The notes: a model not told the origin generated them from the letters alone. A stretch of 64,000 nucleotides of DNA from an uncultured Gemmatimonadales bacterium (GCA_963828735.1 CAWHFW010000003.1:32001-96000); one strand, 5' to 3'. Counted from the first letter of the stretch, positions 18,232 to 30,711 are shown. Translations and numbers: made by a program.

Positions 18232-20406
18232 CTACTCCACGGTGAATCTCATCATCATTCCCGCCGACAGATGCTCGGCGATGTGGCAGTGCCCCATCCA
18301 TCGACCGGGGTTCGAGGGGTCGAGCAGAATATCCACGGCGGCACCCGCCGGCACCAGCACGGTGTCCTTCCACGCCAGGTTCTCGTTGGGCACGCCGTTG
18401 ACCGCCAGCACGAGGAAGCGCTGGCCGTGCAGGTGGATCGGGTGCTGCATCGCGTGCACGCTCTCGCGCGGGTTGACCAGGCGGACCCGGACCGGCTGGC
18501 CCCGGCGAAGGTGCCAGTCGATGTCCATGTTCTCGCGGCCGGTCTCGGGATCACGCAGGATCCAGCGAAGTTGATGCCCCGTCGCGGCCCAGTTCATCAT
18601 CGGCATGGTCCCGCTCCACTCGACCGGCGGGAAATAGATCGAGTCGAGCTGCATGAGCCGCCGGGTGACCGGAGCGAGGCCCGGCGCGTCGAGCGCGAGC
18701 ACGAGCGTCTTGACCGGCGCGGTTGCCGCGAGCCGGCGAAAGCGCTCGATCTCACCCGTGGCCGCCGAGTCCCGCCAGAGCGCGGTGAAACTGGCTCCGA
18801 GATCGCGGCTCACCGGCGATGATCCCACCTCCACCACGCCCAGCGTATCGGTCTCGTCGAAGAACCTGCCGTAGAGGTGATCGAGCCCCCGCACCCGGTT
18901 GACGAGCGCGACGGTGCCCGGGCGATCGAAGCGCACGTGAGCCACGTACCGCTCCGCCGGCGCGATCACCACGCTCTCCACCCACGCCTCGCGCTCGAAC
19001 GCGCCGACGTCCGCGCCGACGAGCTTCATGTGCGCGCCCGGAAACGACAGGTTGAGCGTGCGCGCGTTCGCCGCGTTCGTGAGGTAGAACCGCACGACCT
19101 CGCCGCGGCCGACCCGCAGCCTGTAGCGCGGCTCCCCGTTCACCAGGAGCACGTTGCCGAACCGCCCCATGAGGGCGTGCGTAGGGGCGTCACCCCCGAA
19201 CGGCACCTGACCACCGTCGGTCAGGAGCACGTCGTCGAGCATGAGCACCGCTTCGCGGTTGGCCGGGCCGAATTCCCTTCCCTTGTCCGGCCGTACCAGC
19301 AGGTTGCCGTAGAGGCCGAGCTCCTGCTGGGTGTCCTCCCGAACGTGGGGGTGATACCAGTAGATGCCCGCGTCCGGAAAACGGAGCCGATAGGTGAACG
19401 CGCCGCCGGGCGGCACCGCTGGTTGCGTCAGGTCGGGGATGCCGTCGTTCGCGTTGTCCAACCGGATGCCGTGCCAGTGCACCGTCGTGGGCTGCGGCAG
19501 ATGGTTGCTGAGGAGCACCGTGATCTCGGCGCCGCGCGCCACTTCGATCAGCGGTCCCGGCTGCTGGCCGTTGAAGGCGAACATCGTCACCGTCCGACCG
19601 TCGATCGTCCGGCGGACCGGGGCCGCCTCGAGCCGGAGCGTGTCGCCCGAAGCCAGGCGCACCCGCTCCGTCGGCCTCACGAGCGGCGCCGGCCCTGACG
19701 GCAGCCACGCCGGCGCGTCCGGGCGGAGCGCCATCTCCGCCGGCAACATGGTCAGGCCTCGCGGCATCGGAACCGTCGTCCATTCCGCGGCGCCGCTGTC
19801 GGAAGCCTCCATGCCTCCGTGCATGCCGCTCATGCCGTCGCGATCGTGGCCTCGAGGCCGGTGTGGGGCCGCCATCGCCCCGATCGAGAACTGCATGAGA
19901 TCTGGCGGAAAGAGCCGGGTCGCCGGAGACTGGCCACGGAGCACGACCCGCCCCGCCGGCTCCCGCCCCTTCGCGTCGCGCTCCGCGCTGATCAGGATCG
20001 TGTACTTCTCCAGCACGACCGTCCCCAGGTCGGTCGTGCCGTTCCGGACGACGCCAAGGCGAGTGATCGAGTCCATCGTCGGCGGCGTGATCCACGCGAC
20101 GAAGGTGCGGTAGCTGCCGAGCGACGAAGGCGCCGGCAACCCCGCCGCACGGAGAATCAGTCGTGTCCTCGGGCGGCCGTCCGCACCCACCTCGACCGTG
20201 AAAGGCCCCGCGTCCCGCGAGAGCTCGACCCGCCCGGTCACGCCCGGCAGGCCGGGCGTGGCGAGGAGTTCGACGCAGTAGAGGTCGCGGCTGGGTCCGA
20301 AGGGCTGCTGGGGGTCGCAGCCGCGCTCCTGGCCGGCGGAGGTCGCGGGGAGCGCCAGCCGGGCGAGAAGGAGCACGAGAAGCGGGATCGTAGACCGGCG
20401 CAGCAA
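18232..20406 (-). CDS. Multicopper oxidase with extra N-terminal domain (start uncertain)
   Basis: HWHG, YWYHPH, HPIHLHG, HCHIAEH..GMM copper motifs; signal-like segment after TTG 20406. Confidence 0.88.
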   Translation of the reverse strand: MLRRSTIPLLVLLLARLALPATSAGQERGCDPQQPFGPSRDLYCVELLATPGLPGVTGRVELSRDAGPFTVEVGADGRPRTRLILRAAGLPAPSSLGSYRTFVAWITPPTMDSITRLGVVRNGTTDLGTVVLEKYTILISAERDAKGREPAGRVVLRGQSPATRLFPPDLMQFSIGAMAAPHRPRGHDRDGMSGMHGGMEASDSGAAEWTTVPMPRGLTMLPAEMALRPDAPAWLPSGPAPLVRPTERVRLASGDTLRLEAAPVRRTIDGRTVTMFAFNGQQPGPLIEVARGAEITVLLSNHLPQPTTVHWHGIRLDNANDGIPDLTQPAVPPGGAFTYRLRFPDAGIYWYHPHVREDTQQELGLYGNLLVRPDKGREFGPANREAVLMLDDVLLTDGGQVPFGGDAPTHALMGRFGNVLLVNGEPRYRLRVGRGEVVRFYLTNAANARTLNLSFPGAHMKLVGADVGAFEREAWVESVVIAPAERYVAHVRFDRPGTVALVNRVRGLDHLYGRFFDETDTLGVVEVGSSPVSRDLGASFTALWRDSAATGEIERFRRLAATAPVKTLVLALDAPGLAPVTRRLMQLDSIYFPPVEWSGTMPMMNWAATGHQLRWILRDPETGRENMDIDWHLRRGQPVRVRLVNPRESVHAMQHPIHLHGQRFLVLAVNGVPNENLAWKDTVLVPAGAAVDILLDPSNPGRWMGHCHIAEHLSAGMMMRFTVE

Positions 20407-20523
20407 CCGCCTCGCGCTCGGTTGGCGGCGACCGAGGTCGGGAGAATGGGCCGGCCTCTGGCATCCGCGGGCTTCGCGCCGCAGATTGGGACCATTCCGC
20501 CTCGCCGGAACAGGAGGTCCACC

Positions 20524-21426
20524 ATGACCGCCGCCCAATCCGCTCCTCCGACTGCGCCCGACCGGAAGCCACGGGACGACGAGATCGACGTCTACGGGTT
20601 TACCCATCCCGGGAAAATCCGCACCGAAAATCAGGACCACTTCCTCATCTGCGCGCTCCGCAAACAGATGGTCGTCCAGCAAACCAGCCTGCCGGTACCC
20701 GAGAGCCTCATGGGGGAGAGTCAGCGCCTGGCGCTCCTCATGATGGTCGCCGATGGCGTCGGCGGTGGCGCCAAGGGTGCCGAGGCCAGTCGCCTAGCGC
20801 TCGAGGAGGTCAGCCAGTACGTCTCTCGCAGCATGCGATGCTACTATGCCGCCGGCGCCGGCGACCAGGAGTTCTCCGAAGCGCTGGAGGCGGCCGCGGG
20901 CCAGTGCCACGGCGAGCTCCTCAAGCGGGGCCAGGAGAATTCCGAGTTTCTCGGCATGGCGACGACGCTGACCCTCTACCTCGGCGTGTGGCCGCGCGCC
21001 TATCTGCTGCAGGTGGGGGACAGTCGCTGTTACCTGCTTCGCAAGGGCGAGCTGCTCCAGATCACGCGAGACCAGACGATGGCGCAGGAGCTGATCGACC
21101 TGGGTGTCCTGAGCCGGAGCGACCCGGGCGCCACCAAGCTCGCGCACACGCTGTCCAGCTCGATCGGCGGCCGGCAGACCGCCCCCGCGGTGACCCGCAT
21201 GGATCTGGACTGGGGCGACGTCGTGCTGCTATGCAGCGATGGGCTCACCCGACATGTGAGCGACGATCGGATCCGCGACCACCTCCGCACCATGACGTCG
21301 TCGCGACAGGTGTGCGAGGAGCTGGTGAACGAGGCGCTGGAAGGCGGCGGGAGCGACAACATCACCGTGATCGTCCGCCGCGCGATCCCGAGCCCCGCCC
21401 AGGGCGACCCGGCCCCCGATCAGTAG
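20524..21426 (+). CDS. PP2C-family Ser/Thr phosphatase
   Basis: GGAGG RBS; NQD, VADGVGG, MATT, VGDSR, CSDGL, GGSDNIT. Confidence 0.93.
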   Translation: MTAAQSAPPTAPDRKPRDDEIDVYGFTHPGKIRTENQDHFLICALRKQMVVQQTSLPVPESLMGESQRLALLMMVADGVGGGAKGAEASRLALEEVSQYVSRSMRCYYAAGAGDQEFSEALEAAAGQCHGELLKRGQENSEFLGMATTLTLYLGVWPRAYLLQVGDSRCYLLRKGELLQITRDQTMAQELIDLGVLSRSDPGATKLAHTLSSSIGGRQTAPAVTRMDLDWGDVVLLCSDGLTRHVSDDRIRDHLRTMTSSRQVCEELVNEALEGGGSDNITVIVRRAIPSPAQGDPAPDQ

Positions 21427-21800
21427 ACCACGAGGCTCGACCGGCTCAGGTCGCCCTCCAGGGTCCACTTCACGGACTGACCCTCCTGGATGTTGAGCGG
21501 GTCGCTCGTCTCGGCGCTGGACCCCGCGATGGGGTAGGCCAGGAGCCGGCTCGAGCCGGTGGACCCGAGCCGTCGATAAGGAAACGTGAAGGCCGCGTTG
21601 CTCAGGGCCGTGACGAGTCCCAGCCGCTCCTTCTGGGACCCGCGGAGCAGGTAGATCACCACGTCGCCCTGGAAGTGGTTCTCCACCTCGACCAGCACCG
21701 GCATGTTCGGATCCGGCGCTATGGTCGGATCCCCCTTGTGACGGCATGCCATGGCGCCGGCCGCCAGCAGGATCCACAGAGCCGCTCGCATCGTTCGCAT
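21420..21800 (-). CDS. Hypothetical lipoprotein
   Basis: GGAGG RBS, signal peptide ending AMAC, compact beta-rich domain. Confidence 0.75.
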   Translation of the reverse strand: MRTMRAALWILLAAGAMACRHKGDPTIAPDPNMPVLVEVENHFQGDVVIYLLRGSQKERLGLVTALSNAAFTFPYRRLGSTGSSRLLAYPIAGSSAETSDPLNIQEGQSVKWTLEGDLSRSSLVVY

Positions 21801-21909
21801 CGCTCCTCCCAGCGCCGCTTCGCATTCACCTGCTCTCGCCCGACGACGGCGCATGCTCTACGAAACGGCGTGGTGGGCGAGGACGCCAGGGCTTTCCGTC
21901 GAGCGTTTC

Positions 21910-23966
<2,057 letters not shown>

Positions 23967-23970
<4 letters not shown>

Positions 23971-25274
23971 TGCCCCTTGTAGACGACGCCGCCCTTCATC
24001 ACGAAGCCGACCTTCATGAACGACCGGAGATCCGCCAGGGCGTCACCATCGACGGCGATGAGGTCGGCGTACTTCCCCGGCGTGATGGAGCCCACCCGGT
24101 CCTGCCACTGCATGAGCTGCGCGGCCGAGATGGTCGCGCTCTGGATGGCCTGCATGGGGGTCAGCCCGTACTTCACCATGTAGGGGAGCTGCATGGCGTT
24201 GAGGCCATGCGGGTACACCCCGCTGTCCGTGCCGTAGGCGATCCGCACGCCCGCCGCGACGGCCTTGCGGAAGCCGGCCCGCTGGGCCTCGGTGGTCTCG
24301 CGGTTCTTCCGCAGGATCTCCTCGGACCAGTGCTCCGCCCGCCCGACGCTGTCGATGTAGTCCCCGTTCCAGATGTCGGCGACGAGCCAGGTACCGTGCT
24401 GCTTCATGAGGGCGATCCCCTCGTCGTCGATGAGCGAGCCGTGCTCGATCGAGCGCACACCCGCGCGCACCGCCCGCTTGATCCCTTCCGCGCCGTGCGC
24501 ATGCGCGGCGACGAACGTCCCGTACTCCGCGGCCTGGTCGACGGCCGCGCGCATCTGCTCCTCGGTGTATTCCGACACGCCCGGCTTGGTCCCTGCCGTC
24601 AGGACCGCCCCGGTCGCAATGACCTTGATGAAGTCCGCGCCGCCGTTGAGCAGGGCACGGACCCGCGTGCGCACCTCGTCCGCGGTATTGGCGACGCCGA
24701 ATCGGAAGGCCGGCGGCACCACGACGTCGGGGGCCTGGCCCGTGACCTCACCCCCGCCGGAGGAGACCGTCACATAGGCCCCCGCGACCTCCATCCGCGG
24801 CCCGATGACCGTGCCGTCGTTGATGGCGTCGCGGAGGCCGGCATCCACGAACGCGCGGTAGGTGCCGACGTCGCGAACGCTGGTGAAGCCCGCGAGCAGC
24901 GTTGCCTTCGCGTTCCTTACACCGCTCATGGCATCCTGCGTCTCGGTCCGCTCGAGCGGCTGGAGCACGTCGGCGGCCTGCGCCTCGCCGACCAGGTGGC
25001 TGTGGCAGTCGATGAGGCCGGGGAGCACGGTCGAGCGGCTCAGGTCGATGACCCGGGCTCCCGATGGGAGCTTCGCCGACGCGGGCTGCACGGCCGTGAT
25101 GCGGTCGCCGCGGATCAGGATGACCTGATCCCGCCGGATCGTGCCGTTCTCCACGTCCACCAGCCGGCCCGCGCGGACCGCGATGAGCGTGGGCTCCTGC
25201 GCGCGGAGGACCCCGGTGGCGGGCGCGCAGACGAGCGCGGCGAACGCGAGCCTCGACACCCAACGGCTCGGCAT
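23967..25274 (-). CDS. Amidohydrolase (Xaa-Pro dipeptidase-like), secreted
   Basis: PGLIDCHSH, AAHAHG, SIEHG, GTDSG, GKYADLIAVDGD. Confidence 0.92.
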
Positions 25275-25373
25275 GGCGGCTCCTGCATGAGATGGGGGAA
25301 ACACGGCGGCCGGTGCCACATGGCACCGGCCGCGGAATATAACGTTGATCCGGAGGCGAGCGACGGCGTTCTG

Positions 25374-25622
25374 TTATGGCTTCCGGTCGCTCGGCTTCTT
25401 GACGTCCACCTTGGGAACGGTGACTTCCTTCTTCTCGGTGGTCACCTTGGGAACGTCGAGCGTGTCCTTCACGGTGCCCGTCTCGACGCTTGGCGTTTCC
25501 ACCGTGTCCGTGGTGACACCCACCGTCGGTTTCTGGACTTCGTATTCGCCTTCGCCCGTCTTCTTGCAGGCGCCGGTCACGATCAACGCCGCGATGCCCG
25601 CGGCCAGCGTGAGCTTCTTCAC
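25374..25622 (-). CDS. Small lipoprotein
   Basis: GGAGG RBS + GTG, lipobox TGAC, repeated V/T-P-x-V units. Confidence 0.75.
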   Translation of the reverse strand: MKKLTLAAGIAALIVTGACKKTGEGEYEVQKPTVGVTTDTVETPSVETGTVKDTLDVPKVTTEKKEVTVPKVDVKKPSDRKP

Positions 25623-25930
25623 GAGCGACCTCCGTTCGAGAGTGATGTGCCTCCACTGCTGACACAATGTGCCGCCGGAACGAGAGGGGGCCTGTGCCCG
25701 GGGTCACGGCGCGGGCACAAGCGGGACTGGCTTTTCCTCATCAAATGTCGAAACTGTTGACAATGAGATTTCAAACTCGTTGTCCATAAAGAATTAACGA
25801 GATAAACAACTGATCAAATTATCGTCAAACAACGTGGATACACCCAGGTTGACGCCCCTCACCGCGGCCTCGGCCGTTTTGGCCTAAGGTGGACCTGTAG
25901 TCCGCGTCCACCCCAACCTGGAGGTCTCCC

Positions 25931-26596
25931 GTGCCGACCCTTCGATACGCTTTCCTCGCCGTGCTCTCCGCGCTCACCGCCCTCGCCTGCGCCCGCAACG
26001 CGCAGCGCGGCCTCGTCATCGGTACGGCCGGAGGCGCCGTCGTCGGAGGCGTGATCGGCAAGGTCGCCGGCTCGACCGCGAAGGGCGCCATCATCGGGGC
26101 CGCGGTGGGCGGAGCCGCCGGCGCGATCATCGGCGACCAGATGGACCGTCAGGCGGCGGAGCTCGAGCTGGAGGTGCCGGGAGCCAAGGTGGAGCGGGTG
26201 GGTGAGGGCATCGCGGTGACCTTCGACTCCGGTCTGCTCTACGACTTCGATTCCGACGTGGTGAAGGCCAACGCGCGTGACAACCTTCACAATCTGGCCG
26301 CTAGCCTCCAGAAGTACCCCAAGTCGGATATGCTCGTGCTGGGCCATACCGACAGCATCGGCACCGAAGCGTACAACAAGACGCTGTCCGTGCGCCGGGC
26401 CGATGCGGCCGCCGAGTATCTCGTGAGCCAGGGCGTGGCGCGGTCACGGATCGCGACCGGCGGATTGGGCGAGGAGGAGCCCGTGGCGTCCAACGGGGAC
26501 GCGATCGGGCGCGGAAAGAATCGGCGGGTGGAGGTGGCGATCTACGCCAGCAAGGAACTGCGCGAGCAAGCCCAGCAGCAGCACGCGAGCCGATAG
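25931..26596 (+). CDS. OmpA-family lipoprotein with glycine zipper
   Basis: Lipobox ALAC, GxxxG zipper, GHTD..G..YN..LS.RRA, NRRVE. Confidence 0.95.
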   Translation: MPTLRYAFLAVLSALTALACARNAQRGLVIGTAGGAVVGGVIGKVAGSTAKGAIIGAAVGGAAGAIIGDQMDRQAAELELEVPGAKVERVGEGIAVTFDSGLLYDFDSDVVKANARDNLHNLAASLQKYPKSDMLVLGHTDSIGTEAYNKTLSVRRADAAAEYLVSQGVARSRIATGGLGEEEPVASNGDAIGRGKNRRVEVAIYASKELREQAQQQHASR

Positions 26597-26605
26597 ACGG
26601 AAACG

Positions 26606-26633
26606 ACGACGGCCACCCGAGGGTGGCCGTCGT
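26606..26633. terminator. Hairpin between convergent genes, likely terminator
   Basis: ACGACGGCCACCC-GA-GGGTGGCCGTCGT. Confidence 0.7.
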
Positions 26634-26666
26634 GGTAGTTCCGGGGTTTGGCTCCCCTGGCGGCGC

Positions 26667-27584
26667 TCAGTCCTGGACGAGGATCAGGTACTTCGACGCG
26701 GACCAGAACTCCTCGGGCTGCGCGATTTCCACGGTGCCCGTCACCTTGCCGTCCTTGCTGACGCCGGAGGCGAGATAGGTCGGGCTCTGCCGCGAAACGA
26801 TCTTGTACTTCTTGTCCGTGCGCGGCAGCGGGATCGAGGTATTGGTCGTCTTGTCGATCGCGGTGAAGCCCTCCGGGCTCAGGTTCCGGGCCGGCTCGAG
26901 GCGGCTGCCACCGAAGACCAGGAACTTGGAGCCTTCCTTGGTGATGATGCCCCTCTTCATCAGCTCGTCCTTGGTGCCGATCGCGTAGTACACGGTGTTC
27001 TTGTACGAGGTCAGATTCACCACGGTATCCGTGAGCGCGGCCTTGTCGCTCTCGAGCCGGCCCTTCTCGGTCGTCAGCGTATCCACCCGGCCCGCCAGCG
27101 TGGCGATCTGGGTGTTCGCGGCGGCGAGCTGGGCCTCGTACTCGGTCTTCTGCGCCTCGGCGGTGCTGCGGAGATCCTCGATCGTCTTCTTGTAGGTCTC
27201 GATCTGCGCCAGCAGGCGGGCGTTCCGGTGACGCGAGTTCTTGGCGCGGGCCTCGGTCTCGGCCAGCTTGGCCTCGCTCTCGTTCAGCTTGGCGATGACC
27301 GCCTGCACCCGCTCGAGCGCCGCCTTCCGGTCCTCACGATCCTTGCGCGCGCCGGGCAGGCCGGGATCGGTACTGGCGGTCGTCACGGCCAGGCTCTTGG
27401 CCTTGGCCAGCTCGCTGTTGACGTCGGTGACGAACTGCGTGGTCTCGAGCACCTCGGTCAACAGGCTGTCCTTCTGGGCCTCGGCCGACTTCGCGTCGGC
27501 CAGCGCCTTCTTCAGCTCAGCCTGGTTGCAACCGGTCGTCGCGAACGCGCCGACCACGATCAAGGTCCAAGCAAATTTCCGCAT
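26667..27584 (-). CDS. Coiled-coil lipoprotein
   Basis: GGAGG RBS, lipobox TTGC, long heptad region, C-terminal NTVYYAIGTKDEL..P..FW..SKYL domain. Confidence 0.82.
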   Translation of the reverse strand: MRKFAWTLIVVGAFATTGCNQAELKKALADAKSAEAQKDSLLTEVLETTQFVTDVNSELAKAKSLAVTTASTDPGLPGARKDREDRKAALERVQAVIAKLNESEAKLAETEARAKNSRHRNARLLAQIETYKKTIEDLRSTAEAQKTEYEAQLAAANTQIATLAGRVDTLTTEKGRLESDKAALTDTVVNLTSYKNTVYYAIGTKDELMKRGIITKEGSKFLVFGGSRLEPARNLSPEGFTAIDKTTNTSIPLPRTDKKYKIVSRQSPTYLASGVSKDGKVTGTVEIAQPEEFWSASKYLILVQD

Positions 27585-27780
27585 GCGCACCTCCCCACTC
27601 TGCGAATGATGGGTACCCCTGCACGGACGCAAAAGCTGTCGACCAGTCCGCACGAGAGCGCCCGCCCATAGAGGGGCGGGTGCGCCGGCCAGAGGGAGCC
27701 GTACTCCGGAATGCGTAACTGGGTCGTCAGGCGCCCCAAGCATAATTAGGCGTCACCCAAGTCGCTACCCCAGAGTCACC

Positions 27781-27802
27781 TAATGTGATCTGGATCACAT
27801 TT
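27781..27802. promoter_or_regulatory. CRP/FNR-family binding site
   Basis: TAATGTGATCTGGATCACATTT: TGTGA-N6-TCACA with AT-rich flanks. Confidence 0.75.
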
Positions 27803-27965
27803 CACTTTAACGCGTGACAGCCGCTGGAAGTCGATCAGAACACCAGAGGTGCAAAGCGGTTACGACCCTTCGGACGCGAGTCCACCGGCCCGAGGAGCAG
27901 ACACGAACCCATCATCAGTCCCACGAGTGAGGGCAAAATGACCCGGCCGTCTATCGATCCCCGTC

Positions 27966-28563
27966 CTAGCCGTGGCCCTTGCCGTGGCCTTTCCCGTGGT
28001 CGTGGCCATGGCCGCTGCCTTGATCCTCCGCCCACTCCGCCACCGCCACCACCGCCTCCACCGCCACCGCCACCGCCTCCCTGGCCGTCGTTCCCCCCCG
28101 ACGGCGGTGGTCCCGCTGACCCTCCGTTACCGCCCTGGTCCCCATCCCCTGGCGGCGGAGCCTTGGCCACAGCCGTCAGCCGGAACCGCACCTGAAGGTC
28201 TCTGCCCGGGGTGGCGACCTGGGCATCGATCGGCTGGTCACCGGGACGGGTACCAAGCGTCACGGTCGCGGACGCTCGGCCACTGGAATCGGTGGGGGAA
28301 GAGCTCGGGTCCAGGACGGCTTGGGGTGGATCGTCGCTGAAGTGGAAGACCACCACCGCGCCTGGAACCGGACCTCCGTCGCTGTTCGTGACGGCGACGA
28401 CCAGCGGCTCCGACACCGCCTCGCCGACGGTCGCGCTCTGCCCGTCGCCGCTGACGATGGAAAGGCCTACGGGATCGCCGGATCCGGGTAACGTGAGGTC
28501 TGCGCCGCCGCAGGCGGCGAGGAGGGGGAGGAGGGGCAGGGCGGCTCGACGTAGCTCCCGCAT
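27966..28563 (-). CDS. Ig-like (Big_1-type) lipoprotein with Gly/His-rich tail; probable frameshift near 28030
   Basis: Lipobox LAAC, SGDGQ..VG Ig-like start; shifted frame gives DQGSGHGHDHGKGHGKGHG-stop (TAG 27966). Confidence 0.72.
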
Positions 28564-28572
28564 GCCAGCATG

Positions 28573-29391
28573 CTATCGGTCGGATCGTGCTCCGGCTATG
28601 TCACGCGTCACACCGGCACGAGGCCGCCTGCGCCCGATGAGAAAGCTGATGACGCGTCGAGGCAACAGGCCGATGAACCCGACCAGCGCCTTGTTGCGAA
28701 GCCCCGGCACGCAGACCGCCGGGCCCCCGCGGTCGAGCTGGACCAGCGAGGCATGCACCACTGCCTCCGCCTTCATCCACAGGGCGCGAGGCCGCGGATG
28801 GTCGTCCGATCCCATCCGCTGGTGGAACTCCGTCCCGGTAAAGCCCGGACAGAGCGCTTGTGCCTGCACGCCCGAGCCGGCGAGCTCGAGGGCCAGCCCT
28901 TCGGTGAAAGTCGTCAGGTAGGCCTTGGTCGCACAGTAGTTGATGCTGCCGGGTGCCCAGATGAACGACGCGATGGACGACACGTTGATGATGCCGCCCT
29001 GTCGGCGCGCGATCATGCCCGCCAGCGCGGCACGGGTCAGCAGCATGGGCGCGAGGACGTGCAGCCGGAGCATCTGCTCCTGGGGACCGGGCGCGGTCGT
29101 CGCGAGGCTGCCCAACGTGCCGAAGCCGGCGTTGTTGACGAGCAGCACCAGGGAGGACTCGGCCCCGATCCGCTCGGCGACGCGTGCCGTGTCCGCGTCG
29201 CGGGAGAGATCGGCGACGAGCGGCTCGACCCGAATGCCGTAGCGCGCGCCCAGCTCCTCGGCCAGCGCGCGGAGCCGCTCGCCGTCGCGGGCCACCACGA
29301 TGAGGTCGTGCCCCCGCTGGGCGAGCTGCACGCAGAACTCCCGGCCGATGCCGGCCGAGCCGCCCGTCACGAGTGCGGTGCCTCGGGCCAT
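28573..29391 (-). CDS. Short-chain dehydrogenase/reductase
   Basis: TGGSAGIG, NNAG, YCATK; TGATG overlap with upstream gene. Confidence 0.93.
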   Translation of the reverse strand: MARGTALVTGGSAGIGREFCVQLAQRGHDLIVVARDGERLRALAEELGARYGIRVEPLVADLSRDADTARVAERIGAESSLVLLVNNAGFGTLGSLATTAPGPQEQMLRLHVLAPMLLTRAALAGMIARRQGGIINVSSIASFIWAPGSINYCATKAYLTTFTEGLALELAGSGVQAQALCPGFTGTEFHQRMGSDDHPRPRALWMKAEAVVHASLVQLDRGGPAVCVPGLRNKALVGFIGLLPRRVISFLIGRRRPRAGVTRDIAGARSDR

Positions 29392-30599
29392 CAGCGCTGG
29401 AGTCCGCTCTCGAGCGCCGGCTGGGCGGAGCGCGGCTCGCGTGGCGCAGCGTCGCGGAGCCCGCGGAGTCGCCGTGCCGCCTCGGTCAGGATCTCCTCGG
29501 TCTTGCAGAAGACGAACCGGACCAGCGAGCGTCCCCCGCCCTCGCGATAGAAGCTCGATCCGGGGACCGGCGTGACGCCGATCTCGCGGCTGAGCCAGCC
29601 GGCGAACCCCGTGTCGTCCGTGACGGGGCCAAGGCCGGTGAAATCGGCCAGGATGTAGTAGGCGCCCTCCGGGGCCTGGCAGCGGAAGCCCGCGTCGAGC
29701 AGCGCGCCGTGCAGCAGGTCGCGTTTGCCCCGGTACATCGCGGTCAACCCGTCGTAGAAGGTCGCATCCAGCCCATCGAGCGCGGCGGCGACACCCTCCT
29801 GCAGCGGCGCGGGGGCGCCGACGGTGAGGAAGTCGTGGACCTTCCGGATGGCGTCGGTCAGATCCGCGGGCGCCACGATCCAGCCGATGCGCCACCCGGT
29901 GACGCTGAACGTCTTGGACGCTCCGCTGATGGTCACGGTGCGCTCGCGCATGCCCGGCAGCGTCGCGATCGGCACGTGCTCGCCGTCGAAGCGGATGTGC
30001 TCGTAGATCTCGTCGGTCACCGCCATCGCGTCGTGCCGCACGCACAGCTCGGCGATCGCGCCGAGCTCGGCCCGGGTGAGCACGCGTCCCGAGGGGTTGC
30101 TCGGCGTGTTGACGATGATCGCGCGCGTCCTGGGCGAGAACGCCGACGTCAGCCGGTCCAGGTCGAGCGGCTGACCGGGCTCGAGCGGGACGTAGACCGG
30201 TCGCGCATCGGCGAGGATGGTGTCGGGCCCGTAGTTCTCGTAGAACGGCTCGAACACGATGACCTCCTCGCCCGGATCCACCAGGGCGAGCAGGGTCGAG
30301 ATCATGGCCTCCGTTGCGCCGCAGGTGACCGTGATCTCGCGTTCCGGATCCGCCACGAGCCCATACCAGCGCCCGTACTTCCGCGCGATCGCCTCGCGCA
30401 GCGTCTGCGCGCCCCAGGTGATGGCGTACTGGTTGATGTCCTCCCGGATCGCTCGCGCTGCTGCTTCCTTCAGCATCTCGGGCGCGGCGAAGTTGGGGAA
30501 TCCCTGCGCCAGGTTGATCGCCTGGTGCTCCCGCGCGAGACGACTCATGCCGCGGATGACGGATTCGCGGAAGCCGTGGGTGCGGCGGGCGGTGGTCAC
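29391..30599 (-). CDS. PLP-dependent aminotransferase class I/II
   Basis: INLAQGFP, NTPSNPSG, DEIY, SKTFSVTGWRIG. Confidence 0.94.
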   Translation of the reverse strand: MTTARRTHGFRESVIRGMSRLAREHQAINLAQGFPNFAAPEMLKEAAARAIREDINQYAITWGAQTLREAIARKYGRWYGLVADPEREITVTCGATEAMISTLLALVDPGEEVIVFEPFYENYGPDTILADARPVYVPLEPGQPLDLDRLTSAFSPRTRAIIVNTPSNPSGRVLTRAELGAIAELCVRHDAMAVTDEIYEHIRFDGEHVPIATLPGMRERTVTISGASKTFSVTGWRIGWIVAPADLTDAIRKVHDFLTVGAPAPLQEGVAAALDGLDATFYDGLTAMYRGKRDLLHGALLDAGFRCQAPEGAYYILADFTGLGPVTDDTGFAGWLSREIGVTPVPGSSFYREGGGRSLVRFVFCKTEEILTEAARRLRGLRDAAPREPRSAQPALESGLQR

Positions 30600-30711
30600 G
30601 ATCGCGGAGCTCCGGATTGGGATGCTCCGAAGGTTAATACCCTTGAGGGTCGGGCGATCGGACGGTCGGTCGGAGGCTTTTTGGCCCGATCGTTGCTCCC
30701 ACGAACGCCCC

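Noticed and set aside
25760..25840. Replication origin (AT-rich tract with DnaA-box-like 9-mers)
   Set aside because: Three candidates each have two mismatches and no dnaA, dnaN or gidA context is present
27620..27720. c-di-GMP-I riboswitch suggested by GGACGCAAAAGC
   Set aside because: Wrong strand for the downstream gene and no upstream GGCAAA..GAAA P2 element
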